A DNA stretch of 61,167 nucleotides from Bacillota bacterium. GTDB lineage: Bacteria; Bacillota; Clostridia; Oscillospirales; Ruminococcaceae. The stretch's first letter is position 1, and each line of letters begins with the position of its first letter. The stretch lies in contig JAMPBF010000001.1 in assembly GCA_023666805.1 (NCBI GenBank), positions 1 through 61,167 on the forward strand. Direction: 5' to 3'. This document shows, piece by piece, positions 29,376 through 40,292 of the stretch. Position numbers and translations under genes: made by a program. The notes beneath the pieces were generated by a model that saw nothing but the letters and a program-made list of their open reading frames with translations, was not told the origin of the DNA and did not search any database.

Positions 29376-31154
29376 TTAGATGTTAAATGCCTTTATGAGC
29401 TTTTCATGAATATTCTCGATAGCTTCGGGCTTTGAAATTTTAGGGGAACGGGGGTCTAAAAGCCATGTTTTTGCGTAATGGGTCTCCGTTACCTTAAACA
29501 TCGGAGGCTCATAGAGAGTATCCACTCTAAGACAATAGGGGTTTCTGGGTGCGAAGGAATCTCCCACGATCTTATTGTAAAGCGAAGGAGGCGTGCCTGT
29601 AATGGAATAAAGCTGGGTGTTTCTTTGGGCAAGCTGAGGCAGAGAGGACAGCAGCGCCCATGTATAGGGGTGACGGGGGTCGTAGAACACGTCCTCCACC
29701 GTGCCGAGCTCTATGACCTGTCCTGCGTAAAGCACTGCCACTCGGTCGGCAATATTTGCCACAACGCCCAAGTCGTGGGTGATAAATACGATGGTATAGC
29801 CAAATTCCTTTTGCAGATCCTTGATAAGCTGCAGGATCTGAGCCTGAATGGTAACGTCGAGAGCGGTGGTAGGCTCGTCGCAGATAAGTATTTTGGGCTG
29901 ACATGACAAGGCTATGGCAATAACTATTCTCTGTCTCATTCCGCCCGAATACTGGAAGGGGTAATCGTCAAAGCGGTGCTCCGCATTGGGGATACCTACC
30001 TTGCGCATAAGATCCAAGGCTCTGCGGCGAGCTTCAGCCTCGGTGCAGTTCTGATGCTTCAGGATAACCGAGGTTATCTGCTTGCCTATCGTAATGATAG
30101 GGTTTAAGGAGGTCATGGGGTCTTGGAATACGGTGGCGATACGCTTGCCTCTGATCTGCGTCCAGTCCTTGGATTCCTTTATGCTGGCAAGATCGATAAC
30201 GCAGGTGCCGTGAAGCTTGTCGGCGGTTTCGTCAAGGTATTTTACCCGGAAGGTCACGTTGTTGAAAACGCCGTTGCGCTGACTGTCGTCGTCCAAATTT
30301 ACGCCGATGCGGTACGCTTCCTTTATCGCTTCCTCCAAGCCCTTTATCATCTTGTTTCTCTTAAATGTGCTGTATCTGCCTACGGAAAGGTATATCTCCT
30401 TCGCCAAGAGCTTGTTTCTCGCCTTATCCTTTTCGGAAATGCTGTGACCGATCTCCTCATGATACTTGGCGTTGAGCTTGCTTATCTTCTCGTGATATTT
30501 GTTCAAAAATTCGGTGTCGGCGGCGGCAGCGTGTTTTTTCTCGGCCTCCAGCTTCTTGACCGCTTCCTCCTTCGCCTTGATCTTTTCGTCATAATCTGCG
30601 ATTTCCTTGGCTGCCTGCTTGATCTTGTCCTTTTCCTTGGAGGGATCGTAGGTTTGCTTCAGGTTGAAAATATCGGTCTTTTTGGCGATAAGCTCCTTGA
30701 TCTCAGCCTGGTGCTTTTCCTTCTCCTCGTCGGAAAGGCGGCTTTTGCCTTCCTTTTCCTTTTCCAGCCTTTGGATCTCGTTGTAGGTCTCTGCGCCGTA
30801 AGCAAGCCTTGCGTATTCGTTCAGCTTCTTTTCCATATTATCGATCTTGTTTTTGACGGAATTGTCCAGCTTGACCGAGGTATCAGCCAATACATCGTCG
30901 TCGAAGATCAGCTTGCCGTTGCTGATAAAGCCGTTGGAATCCAGCATGCCCGCAAAGGTTTTGGTGAACACTGATTTTCCCGAGCCGGATTCGCCCACTA
31001 TCGCAATGGATTCGCCCTCGTAAATATCCAGGGAGATGTTGCGGATAGCGGTCAAGATCCTGCCTCTTACGCGGAATTTTACCTCCAGATCCTTTACCGA
31101 CAGCAAAAGCTTTTTATCGCCTGTTTTGTCTAACGAAATTTTCTTGTCGCTCAT
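29376..31154 (-). CDS. oppD: Oligopeptide ABC transporter ATPase with coiled-coil insertion
   Basis: GESGSGKS, FQDPMTSLNP, YSGGMRQR, CDEPTTALD. Confidence 0.9.
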   Translation of the reverse strand: MSDKKISLDKTGDKKLLLSVKDLEVKFRVRGRILTAIRNISLDIYEGESIAIVGESGSGKSVFTKTFAGMLDSNGFISNGKLIFDDDVLADTSVKLDNSVKNKIDNMEKKLNEYARLAYGAETYNEIQRLEKEKEGKSRLSDEEKEKHQAEIKELIAKKTDIFNLKQTYDPSKEKDKIKQAAKEIADYDEKIKAKEEAVKKLEAEKKHAAAADTEFLNKYHEKISKLNAKYHEEIGHSISEKDKARNKLLAKEIYLSVGRYSTFKRNKMIKGLEEAIKEAYRIGVNLDDDSQRNGVFNNVTFRVKYLDETADKLHGTCVIDLASIKESKDWTQIRGKRIATVFQDPMTSLNPIITIGKQITSVILKHQNCTEAEARRRALDLMRKVGIPNAEHRFDDYPFQYSGGMRQRIVIAIALSCQPKILICDEPTTALDVTIQAQILQLIKDLQKEFGYTIVFITHDLGVVANIADRVAVLYAGQVIELGTVEDVFYDPRHPYTWALLSSLPQLAQRNTQLYSITGTPPSLYNKIVGDSFAPRNPYCLRVDTLYEPPMFKVTETHYAKTWLLDPRSPKISKPEAIENIHEKLIKAFNI

Positions 31155-31172
31155 TTTGTTTCTCCCTTTCAA

Positions 31173-32141
31173 TTACATGTGTGTTCTGGGGTCGGAGGCG
31201 TCGCCCAAATTCTGACCCACCACATACAAAACCACGGTGATTATCGAAGCAACCGCAACAGGGCTCCAAAATTCAAATTCCCAGCCGGGAGTTACCATGG
31301 CGCTTTCCGCCTCGAATATCAAGCGTCCCAAGGACATATCCTTAAGTCCCATGCCGATATAGGAGAGGAACACCTCGTAGGAGATGTAGGAGGGGATCTC
31401 CGTTGCCAAAAGGGTAACTATAACCGAGGTCATAAAGGGCAAAATATTTTTCAGTGCGATTTTTACGGTTGACGTGCCTAAGCATTTTGACGCCAAATTG
31501 TACTCTCGGTCGCGTATAATGACCACCTGAGTTCGGATAAAGTAGGCTATGCTGATCCAGCCCGTGATGGTAAGCGCCAAAACCATTGTCCAAAAGCTGG
31601 CGGTGAAAAGCATTACCATTACGGAGATAAAGAGGATATAGGGCACGTTGCCTATAATGTTGTATACCTCCATCATAACTATATCGACTTTTTTGGAGAA
31701 GCCCCAAATTGCGCCCACTATAACGCCTACGGTCATATTGATAGCCGCACAGACGAAAGCCAGCGAAATGGAGATTCGAGAGCCGTTCCAAATAGCGTCA
31801 AAGGTGGACTGTCCCGCATTGCCCGAGCCTAAGATCCAGTGAATGTTGTAGCCGAATTTTTCCATTGCATTCATCGGGGACAGATGCTTTGCGGTGGAAT
31901 CCATAAGGTTTTCAAACTTATCGTATTCGATAAAGCAGGGATAAATATAGGCAAATAGTATTAAAAAGCCCAATATTGCAAGAATAACTATATTGATCTT
32001 CTTTCTGAAGAACACGCGAAATACCGAGTGCCAATAAGAATAGCGGGGGGCGGTGATCTTTTCCGATTCAAGGTCGTTGTGGTCGATCCTTGTAAACAGC
32101 TCTTCCTCCGTTAAGCCGCAGTCTTTAAAATCATAATCCAT
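31173..32141 (-). CDS. oppC: Oligopeptide ABC transporter permease
   Basis: SYWHSVFRVF, REYNLASKCLG EAA-loop, DASDPR end. Confidence 0.9.
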   Translation of the reverse strand: MDYDFKDCGLTEEELFTRIDHNDLESEKITAPRYSYWHSVFRVFFRKKINIVILAILGFLILFAYIYPCFIEYDKFENLMDSTAKHLSPMNAMEKFGYNIHWILGSGNAGQSTFDAIWNGSRISISLAFVCAAINMTVGVIVGAIWGFSKKVDIVMMEVYNIIGNVPYILFISVMVMLFTASFWTMVLALTITGWISIAYFIRTQVVIIRDREYNLASKCLGTSTVKIALKNILPFMTSVIVTLLATEIPSYISYEVFLSYIGMGLKDMSLGRLIFEAESAMVTPGWEFEFWSPVAVASIITVVLYVVGQNLGDASDPRTHM

Positions 32142-32181
32142 AATTATGACCAAGCCTTTCCTTGTTATTTTTTGTTACGTT

Positions 32182-33753
32182 TTATCTGTTCTTGGTGGTG
32201 AAGGAGATACGGGGATCTACCAGCGACATAAACAGGTCGCCCAAGATAATGGACAGCACCGACAGAATTGCGTAGAACAGAGTTACGCCGACGATAACGC
32301 CGTTATCGTACTTGTTGATAGCCTCGGTAAGCAAATTACCTGCACCGGGGACTACGTAAACGCGCTCGGTAATGATCGCACCGGTCATAGCCGACAGAAC
32401 GCTGCCGGGTATTCCGTGAACGATAGGTATGATAGCGTTTTTCAGAATATGCTTGGAGAATATCTCTCCCTCGGTAAGACCGCCCGACCTGGCAAACTTG
32501 ACGTAATCCGAGTTCATTTGGTCGATCATGTATCTTCTCAGCCATTTCATCAGGTTGGCTATCGAAGGGAGCGCCAGCGAAACGATCGGCAAAATATACA
32601 TCATTATATCGTTGGACTCCATGTCGAAGGTGGTGGGAAGTCCGAAGCTGCCGCCTATCGCCTTGAACAGGAAAATATACGCAAGGGAGGGAACGGCGAT
32701 AATGAAAACAATGTAGATGGTTCCCAGCTTATCGAGAAGCTTGTCCTTCCTTTTTGCCATTAAAATTCCCAAAGGCACACCCAAAAGGTAAGAAATCACA
32801 ACCGCAATAATGCCTATAACAAAGGAATAGCCCATTTTTGAAAAGCCCTTGCGGACCAAATCCACATTGGTGTAATCGGAATCGAAGCGGTCCTCGTTTA
32901 CCTTGCTGGCGGTTCTGGAGCCTGCAACATAAGTGGCAGTATGCAAATCGTCCGCACTCATCTCGGTGAAGCCCGTGGGGAAGGTGATCTGTGACTGGAC
33001 GTAAGAGCCTTGGCTGTTGGTCATGGTCTTGAACACGTCAACGCCCGTGGTTACGGTATAGGACGTACCAAGCTGAATGGTGGCAAGGTTCTGATGTATA
33101 AACGGGAAGGTGCCGTCGGTGTAAATAAGGTATCTGTGAGTGGTACCGTTTCCCATAACGCAGGGGGAGAATTTCTCGCCGCCGTAGGCGGGGTCGTACC
33201 AAGTAAAGGTCAAGCCTCTTTCTCCCACATCGTCCTTGACATTATGTATGTTGTCAAAGGCGACCAAATTTGAGAAGTAATTCCAAAGTCTGTTGACAAG
33301 AGGAACGTCCTTATGGGCGAAAAGTATCTGCTGTCCGCCGTTGGCGACTTTTTTGGGAGTAGCCATAACTGCGTCCTGCCGCACAATGGTGTAGCCTTGA
33401 GACTCATAATATTTGGTGAATTTCTGAACGTATTCCTTAACAATTTCGGAGTCGTTCTCCGCTTTTCTCGCAATGCTGACCGCCGAGGCTCTTGTTTCCT
33501 CGTCGATCTCGCCGTTTCTGGTAAGCTCTATAAGATAGTCGGCGTAGGTAACATAATCAAGATAGCCGTATTCCTCCCATTTCTGGTAGGTGTAGGAAGT
33601 GCGGTTGTTGTTTATCTGCTTGGAATACATCGGGTCGCTGGCGAATACCAAGCGTCTCGGCAGCAGGGTATAGATCATGATCATTACGATCAAAACCACC
33701 GCTATGACCGAAAACAGTGCATGCAGCAAGCGCTTTAATAAATACTTTGTCAT
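32182..33753 (-). CDS. oppB: Oligopeptide ABC transporter permease with large extracellular domain
   Basis: KYLLKRL start, SDYVKFARSGGL, VDPRI end. Confidence 0.9.
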   Translation of the reverse strand: MTKYLLKRLLHALFSVIAVVLIVMIMIYTLLPRRLVFASDPMYSKQINNNRTSYTYQKWEEYGYLDYVTYADYLIELTRNGEIDEETRASAVSIARKAENDSEIVKEYVQKFTKYYESQGYTIVRQDAVMATPKKVANGGQQILFAHKDVPLVNRLWNYFSNLVAFDNIHNVKDDVGERGLTFTWYDPAYGGEKFSPCVMGNGTTHRYLIYTDGTFPFIHQNLATIQLGTSYTVTTGVDVFKTMTNSQGSYVQSQITFPTGFTEMSADDLHTATYVAGSRTASKVNEDRFDSDYTNVDLVRKGFSKMGYSFVIGIIAVVISYLLGVPLGILMAKRKDKLLDKLGTIYIVFIIAVPSLAYIFLFKAIGGSFGLPTTFDMESNDIMMYILPIVSLALPSIANLMKWLRRYMIDQMNSDYVKFARSGGLTEGEIFSKHILKNAIIPIVHGIPGSVLSAMTGAIITERVYVVPGAGNLLTEAINKYDNGVIVGVTLFYAILSVLSIILGDLFMSLVDPRISFTTKNR

Positions 33754-33981
33754 ATTTCTTCACTCTCAGCGGAATTTTCTTCCGCCCCTTAGCTTATTTT
33801 TTACAGGATCACATTGAATTAAATCACTATAGCTATAAATAAACAAGCAGGGCAACCCTAAGCGTAACATCTCTGTCCGCCAAGTGTTGCCCAAGCTTGG
33901 TTATGTTTTATTGCAGCGAAATGGGGCAATCATTTCTCGGCAATAAAGAATTTTAAATTGATATTCTTCCGTGACTGCCTA

Positions 33982-36192
33982 TTAATATACACCGATCATC
34001 TTGGTCATATCGCCGGAGTAGTCGGGAAGCATGGTGTTGAGGTAGGTCTGAGGATCGCCGTAGTCAGGACCCCAGCCGCCGTTGTCGCAGGAGTTGTAGT
34101 TAGCGTCTTCAGCGGACTCGAAGTAGTAGGTTGCATCATACCACTCGTTGTAGCCGTCGCCGCAGGGTACCAGGTCAACAACTACCATGCCGTCCAAGGA
34201 AGCCTCTACAGACTTCTTAAATGCGTTAGCGCGGTTTGCGAAGGAATCTACGTCCTGTGCATAGGGGAAGTCGAAGTGAAGAGGATTCTCGGCGGAGATC
34301 TCTACGCCCTGAGCTGCAAGCTCTTCAACTGCCTTAGCCATTTCAGCCTTAGCATTCTCTACATTGTACCAGCCGTCAAAGCCGTCGCTGGAGCCTGCGC
34401 CGTCATCGGCAGCGGGATCGTATACCTTAATGGGATAGCCGTCGGCTGTGATCTGAGCCTGAAGGATCTCACCGTAGTTGGTGCCTGCCTTAAAGGAAGT
34501 AGCGGTGCCGTTGATGTCAACGGTAATATCCTCGTCAAGAGTTACAAAGTTGCCGGGGGTGTAGCTGTTTCTTATGGAAAGGAGCTTAACGCCCTCGCCG
34601 TTAACCTGTGCGTTGTAGGTAGCTCTGTCAACACCGTAAGCGAGTGCAAGACGGAAGTGCTGGTTGCCCATAGCAAGGTTAGCTCTGATCTTCTGCTCGT
34701 CGGTCATCTGAGATACAACCTTGGTATCGTCGGTAAAGTTGGTGTACTTAGCGCGGTAAAGGTTGAACCAAATGGTGAAGGTGGTAGCGTCTGTAGCGCT
34801 GATATAGTGATATGCGTCAAAGTTGCCGTCTTCCTGAGCGATAGGCAGCGTGGTCTCTGTCAGAGATACGCCGTCGATAACGCCGCTTACAGCATCGTCA
34901 TAAGGCTTTCTGGGGTCGGAACCGTCGGAATAATGCCAAGTGATCTTCTTGATATTGATGCCGTCCTTGTTCCAGTATGCGGGGTTGGCGTCAAATACGA
35001 TAGTGTTTGTTGCGGTGAAGTTGGTTACAAGGTAAGGACCGCAGTAAACAACGGTGTCGGGGGACTTGCCGTAATTGTAATCGGCAGCGGCTGCGTCAAA
35101 ATCAGCGCCGAACTTACCGCCCTGACCTTCGTAGTAGCTTCTGCAAAGAGGAGCGAAGGAGTGGTAGGAAAGCATTGTCAGGAAGTAGGATACGGGCTGC
35201 TCGAGAGTATACTCAACGGTGTACTTGTCGGTTGCCTTAACGCCTACCTGTTCAATGTCGGTAATATCGCCTGCATTGTACTGAGCGGCATTCTTGATAA
35301 CGCCGTCTACAAGGTAGGAAACTGCGCCGCTGTCCATCATGTGCTGCATACCTGCAACAAAGTCATCGGCAACTACTTCGGCGATCTCTCTGCCCTGAGA
35401 GTCTACCCACTGTACGCCCTCGCGGAGCTTAAAGGTGTAGGTAAGACCGTCAGCGGATACGGTGTAGCTTTCTGCAAGAGCAGGCTGCAATACACCCTCC
35501 ATGTCATATTCCATAAGACCGTCCCACATATTGCAGAGAGCTTCGCTGTCTGCGCTTCTGTAGGTGTTGATCCAATCCCAAGTCTTAGGATCGGAGGGAT
35601 AAATAATATCGTAGGTGTCCTTAATGGTGTAGCCCTTATCGGTGAGGTACTGCTTAGCCCAAGCTTCATATTCGCCGGTGCCCTTGACCTCGTTGTAGTG
35701 CTCCTTCATCTCGGCTCTGTCTTCGGACTTGATAAATTCGGTAGCGACAATTACCTGATGGAATCTGTCGTTATCGGTGCCCCAAAGGATAGGAGATACG
35801 GTGTTGGGAGCAACTCTGCTGATAGCGTATCTTCCGCCGTTGGAGTTGGAAGGAACGAGAACAGCCTGCTCCAAAAGCTTTGCCTCGGCGATAGCCATCT
35901 TGGCAAATCTTTCGGAAACGCTGGAAGCGCTCTTAGCCTCGTCCAAAATCGTAATGAAATCGCCTAAATTTGCGTCGTAAAGCTCCTTGGAGATTTCGTC
36001 GTGTGTCATGTCGGCATAAGGATCAACCAATTCACCGGGTGTGACCTCTGTGCCGCCGCCGTTGTTTGCGTTGGTGCTTTCGCCCTGATTGTTGGCGTCG
36101 GTATTAACAGGCTCGTCGTTTGTATTTTGATTACATCCTGCGAAGCTTAATACCATTGCCAAAGTCAGCATAACAGCAACTAACTTCTTCAT
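33982..36192 (-). CDS. oppA: Oligopeptide ABC transporter substrate-binding lipoprotein
   Basis: Lipobox FAGC; PALAESYTVSADGLTYTFKLREG; GWGPDYGDP. Confidence 0.92.
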   Translation of the reverse strand: MKKLVAVMLTLAMVLSFAGCNQNTNDEPVNTDANNQGESTNANNGGGTEVTPGELVDPYADMTHDEISKELYDANLGDFITILDEAKSASSVSERFAKMAIAEAKLLEQAVLVPSNSNGGRYAISRVAPNTVSPILWGTDNDRFHQVIVATEFIKSEDRAEMKEHYNEVKGTGEYEAWAKQYLTDKGYTIKDTYDIIYPSDPKTWDWINTYRSADSEALCNMWDGLMEYDMEGVLQPALAESYTVSADGLTYTFKLREGVQWVDSQGREIAEVVADDFVAGMQHMMDSGAVSYLVDGVIKNAAQYNAGDITDIEQVGVKATDKYTVEYTLEQPVSYFLTMLSYHSFAPLCRSYYEGQGGKFGADFDAAAADYNYGKSPDTVVYCGPYLVTNFTATNTIVFDANPAYWNKDGINIKKITWHYSDGSDPRKPYDDAVSGVIDGVSLTETTLPIAQEDGNFDAYHYISATDATTFTIWFNLYRAKYTNFTDDTKVVSQMTDEQKIRANLAMGNQHFRLALAYGVDRATYNAQVNGEGVKLLSIRNSYTPGNFVTLDEDITVDINGTATSFKAGTNYGEILQAQITADGYPIKVYDPAADDGAGSSDGFDGWYNVENAKAEMAKAVEELAAQGVEISAENPLHFDFPYAQDVDSFANRANAFKKSVEASLDGMVVVDLVPCGDGYNEWYDATYYFESAEDANYNSCDNGGWGPDYGDPQTYLNTMLPDYSGDMTKMIGVY

Positions 36193-36430
36193 CTTTTCTG
36201 CCTCCTGTAAAATCATATCTGTGTTTTCTTCTTTATTTTAATCCGAAAAACGGAATTTTATGCCCCCGTTTTTTCAGACTAAATTAATAAAGTTAATAGG
36301 CAAAGCTCTCTTTCAAAAAGCAAAAACAACCTGCATTTGAGTTTGACAAGGGTCATTTCTGCTTTTTTGACGGATTTGCACATAAAAAAATTCTTACTTT
36401 CAAATCACCGATTTTAATAATACAACAAAC

Positions 36431-36459
36431 AGTATATCACGACAACTTGTATTTGTCAA
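36431..36459 (-). promoter_or_regulatory. Sigma-A promoter of opp operon
   Basis: TTGACA-17-TATACT with extended -10 TG. Confidence 0.7.
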
Positions 36460-36657
36460 TACCCAAGGATAAAAAAACGGGAGGCGGCATTGATGTTTTT
36501 GGTGCTTCGGGACAGCTTTTTCGGGGTTTTTATTGTGCAGAATAACAAATAGAGGAAAGCATTTTGACAAAATTTTTACAAATTGACAAAAACTTGATTT
36601 TTGCAACTTTTGAGTTGGATTAGTGCAAATCGGAGGCGGCGGTACAGCTGATAATCA

Positions 36658-38385
36658 TCAATTTTTTATCTGTTCCCTGTCGAATATCACAAACGCCGTT
36701 ATCAGCAGTACAAGGGAATAAATTAACAGCACGGCTGTTCCCGCCCCGAGGCTTAAGCCGTAAATTTGAGGGTTGTTCCAGCTTCTGGTCAAGATCATAG
36801 GCTCGGGAAAGGCGTCGGTTATATTGAAATACGGTGCGGGCGTAAATTTCAGCCATTCCGCCTTGATTATCAGATCGTAGCTGATTTGGGACACCAAGCT
36901 GCCGAAAACGTTTATCAGCATAGAGACCGCCAGCGCCAGCACGCCCCTTTTCGCCAGCACCGACAGCAAAAATGCCGTACAGGCGGAAAAAACCGAGGGC
37001 AAAGCATGGATCAAATTCCAATATATGTAATAGAGTATCGGAGGCAGCTCCGTGATACTGTCGCCGCTTACCATAATATAAGGGACATTCAGGTCGCCTC
37101 CGCCGTATATGGCAGCCTCCGTTAAGGTGGTGAGAAGGGAGGTCAGTACCGTCAGACCAACAGTGTACAATACCACGCAGAAAAGCTTGGAGAGCAGTAT
37201 CTTCCACCTGGAGCGGGGACGGATCATCAAAAGCCTTATGGCTCCCGAGGTATGCTCGTTCGCCACTATGACCGCCGACAGGAATATTGCCAGGAACATT
37301 ATCACCTCCGTGTTTGCCGCAAGCGCATCGGATAAGTTTTTGCGGGTGGAGGAATAGTCTAAGCTTGCTATGGGTATATTGTTGGACAGGGCATAGCCGT
37401 ACTGCCTCAAGCCTTGGTAATAAGTGTCCTGCTGTTTTTGCACTGCGGCGGTATACTTGCCGTAATCCCGAAACTCACAGCCTCTATAGTAGTAGACGCC
37501 CTGCGCTTCAAAATCCTCGGGGCTTATGGCGGCATAATCGCTGCTGTAATTCAGCACCGTATTTGCCATCGTATTTAACGTGTCTATAATATTATTCTGC
37601 CGTTTTAAGGAAACGGAGTCCAAATAGGTCATCTGCTGCTGGGTCTGCAAAATTATTTTTAAGCCCTCCGCCTTAAGCTTGGCGATTTGGTAGCGGTTGA
37701 TGACCGATTTGTTGTTTTGATATATAGCCTCCACCGTATTAAGCTCGTTTTGGGCTTGCTGGTACTGTTTTTTATACTCGGCGAACTTATCGTTTATATA
37801 GACGCTGAATTTTATGCCTATCTTCTTTTCCAGTCCGATTTTCTCCGACTCAAGCTGCCGTTTCAGCCTGCGGGCAAGCTCGGGGGTAAAGTCCTGCTCA
37901 TCGCCGTAGGTCACCTCTCCGGTAAGGGAGTTTACTATCCGCTCCCGATAGGTGTATTTGTCGGTCTCTCGGTCGCCCTCCCAAACTCTTTCCAAGCCGT
38001 CAATGTAAAATACCTCGTTTATATCGGGCACGGTACGAAATTCATCGTCGGCGATCATAAGCTCCAAGGCTTTTATGGAGCAGCAGACATCGACGTAGTC
38101 ATAATAATAATAGCTGTACTGCCAGCTGTCCTCGCCCATATTTCTTTCATTGAAAAAGTCGTCTGCGTCGGCTCGGGTGAGATAATACGCCTTCTGAAGG
38201 CTGTCGGTTACCCTATCCGCCAATTCTCTGTAGTCGGTATGACCCGTGCCCAAAAGGCTGATGCCGTAGCCCAGCAAGGGAAGGGCTGCGGCGATCACCA
38301 AGGCGATAACGGTAAGTATTCTCCAGCTTATTTGGCGGCAGACCTTTATAAGCTCGTTTTGCGTAAGTTTTAAAAAATCCTTCAT
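36658..38385 (-). CDS. ABC-2 type permease with large extracellular domain
   Basis: EHTSGAIRLLMIRPRSRWKILLSK; TM helices. Confidence 0.85.
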   Translation of the reverse strand: MKDFLKLTQNELIKVCRQISWRILTVIALVIAAALPLLGYGISLLGTGHTDYRELADRVTDSLQKAYYLTRADADDFFNERNMGEDSWQYSYYYYDYVDVCCSIKALELMIADDEFRTVPDINEVFYIDGLERVWEGDRETDKYTYRERIVNSLTGEVTYGDEQDFTPELARRLKRQLESEKIGLEKKIGIKFSVYINDKFAEYKKQYQQAQNELNTVEAIYQNNKSVINRYQIAKLKAEGLKIILQTQQQMTYLDSVSLKRQNNIIDTLNTMANTVLNYSSDYAAISPEDFEAQGVYYYRGCEFRDYGKYTAAVQKQQDTYYQGLRQYGYALSNNIPIASLDYSSTRKNLSDALAANTEVIMFLAIFLSAVIVANEHTSGAIRLLMIRPRSRWKILLSKLFCVVLYTVGLTVLTSLLTTLTEAAIYGGGDLNVPYIMVSGDSITELPPILYYIYWNLIHALPSVFSACTAFLLSVLAKRGVLALAVSMLINVFGSLVSQISYDLIIKAEWLKFTPAPYFNITDAFPEPMILTRSWNNPQIYGLSLGAGTAVLLIYSLVLLITAFVIFDREQIKN

Positions 38386-38492
38386 TTTATTGCTCCTCAT
38401 ACTAATTCATGATCAAATACAGACTTGATCATGAATCGCTCCGTTTTCGGTCGACAGCAAAAAAATGTCCGTGCTTTGATCGAAAATCAGTA

Positions 38493-40292
38493 TCAGCTCT
38501 TTATCTGCTGTCTGTTAAAGGCAGCAAAGGACAGGAATATAAGCAAAGCCACATGAACGCCGATCACGATCAGTCCCATGCTCACATAGATCCCTCCGTC
38601 GGCGAAAGAAATTTCGCGGCTTAGCAGGCGGTCAAGAGGCTCATACCTTATATTCTGCATATTCATCATATAAGGGAAAAGGGTGTATCTGACGATCCCC
38701 ACATAGCCGCCTACGTAAAGGGAAACCCTTGCCAAAAGCTCTCCGAAGGCGAACAGCGCTATGCCCAGCGCCATGGACACGATCCCGTTTTTGATAATAA
38801 GGGACAGGAAAAACGCCAATATTACCGCCAAGATCATGGAGGTGCTGTCCAGCAAGGCGCATTTCACCGTGTTAAGCGCTGCGGAGATCTCTCTGACCGC
38901 TTCTCCCCCGTATATCAGATCGGGAACGGAAAACATTTCTCCGCCAAATACGATCCCCGAGCTTAAAAAGGTCAGCGAAAAAGTGACCGTCATCAATACC
39001 AAGCAGAATATTATAACCGTCATCAGCTTCGACAAAAGTATCCTCCAGCGGGAAACCGGTCTTATCAGCAAAAGCCTTACGCTGCCGCTTTGGTATTCGC
39101 CGGACATGATGTTGGAGGCTAAGAAAATACAGAAAAACATCACAAGATAAAGGTCTGTGGTAATGCTTTGCTTAAATGCTTCCTTAAAGTAGGTCTTCTC
39201 CGTGCTGGTATAATCGTTGGGAATATTATGCTCTATGCTGTACAAAAGGGTGTCGGCGGCGGCATAAAAGTCCGCTCTCTTCTCTGTCATAAAGCTTAAA
39301 TAATTCTCGTAGGTCTTAAAGGCGATAAGTCTGCTGCCGCCGTCGGTCAAAACAAAATCATAATCGCCGTAAACAGTTTTAAAATACTCCTTATCATAAG
39401 GGGCGTATTCTTCGGGAACTGATTCGGAGGAGACAAATTCGCCGTTCAGCTTGATTATGGCTTCAAATATCCAGTCCTCGCTTTCCGTCGGGCAGGTTTT
39501 GAAGCTTTCATAGGCTCGAACCAGTGCGCTGTAGGCATAAAGCCTGTTTTGAGCGGCATAGTATTCCTTTATTTTACTGCCGTCTTTTCGGTATTCCTTT
39601 TCCAGCTCCTTAAGCTCCGACCTCAGTGCCGCTGTTTTTTTGTTTATGTCGTTGATAATTATATCGGCATAGGCGGCTTTATCGGCTAAAAGCAGCCTTT
39701 TGTCCTTTTCGGTGGAGGCTCTCGCTATCTCCTTATATACGGAAATATCCTGCATTTTAAAGGGTATCAGTTCATAATATGTTGTTTCGCCGTTTGAGGA
39801 AATCTCCATGTTTGTTCTCTTGGATCTGTCGGGGACGCCGTCGATCTCCTTCAGAAAATAAAAATCTCTGTCGCCCCAATATTCTATATTCACGGAACCG
39901 AAGCTTCGCACTACCTCCTCGGGGCTTTTTCCCTGATCGATAAGCTCCAGCGCCTTTTCCGTCTTGTATTTTTTGCTCAGCTTCCAATAAATGCCGTTTT
40001 TCCAGCCGTTAATGTCTATGCCGTTTTCTATCACAAATTCCGCCAGCTCCATGCTTGCTTTATAATCCTGCTTTTCCACAGACGTGGGGTCGGCTGCCTC
40101 GTAATTTTCTTTAGCCTCCTCATAGAGCGCTTCAATGTTGTAGCCGCCCCCGTTATAGTCGGAAAGGAGAGACTTTAAAAACACGGGTATGCCTATCGCT
40201 GCGATCAGCAGCATTGCAACGGCGATCTTTCCGCTTACTTTGCCGAAAACCTTGATAAGCTCGTTTTGCGTAAGCCTAACCAAAGAAGTCAT
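38493..40292 (-). CDS. ABC-2 type permease with large extracellular domain
   Basis: EYQSGSVRLLLIRPVSRWRILLSK; paralogous LTQNELIKV start. Confidence 0.85.
   Translation of the reverse strand: MTSLVRLTQNELIKVFGKVSGKIAVAMLLIAAIGIPVFLKSLLSDYNGGGYNIEALYEEAKENYEAADPTSVEKQDYKASMELAEFVIENGIDINGWKNGIYWKLSKKYKTEKALELIDQGKSPEEVVRSFGSVNIEYWGDRDFYFLKEIDGVPDRSKRTNMEISSNGETTYYELIPFKMQDISVYKEIARASTEKDKRLLLADKAAYADIIINDINKKTAALRSELKELEKEYRKDGSKIKEYYAAQNRLYAYSALVRAYESFKTCPTESEDWIFEAIIKLNGEFVSSESVPEEYAPYDKEYFKTVYGDYDFVLTDGGSRLIAFKTYENYLSFMTEKRADFYAAADTLLYSIEHNIPNDYTSTEKTYFKEAFKQSITTDLYLVMFFCIFLASNIMSGEYQSGSVRLLLIRPVSRWRILLSKLMTVIIFCLVLMTVTFSLTFLSSGIVFGGEMFSVPDLIYGGEAVREISAALNTVKCALLDSTSMILAVILAFFLSLIIKNGIVSMALGIALFAFGELLARVSLYVGGYVGIVRYTLFPYMMNMQNIRYEPLDRLLSREISFADGGIYVSMGLIVIGVHVALLIFLSFAAFNRQQIKS

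Noticed and set aside
33958-35967. 669-aa plus-strand ORF and other long antisense ORFs (e.g. 15745..17373, 51914..53194)
   Set aside because: Shadow frames of well-supported genes, with no motifs of their own
33982-36192. OppA as flavinylation target of the ApbE-like protein
   Set aside because: Closest match DAVSGVI lacks the (S/T)GA(S/T) acceptor motif
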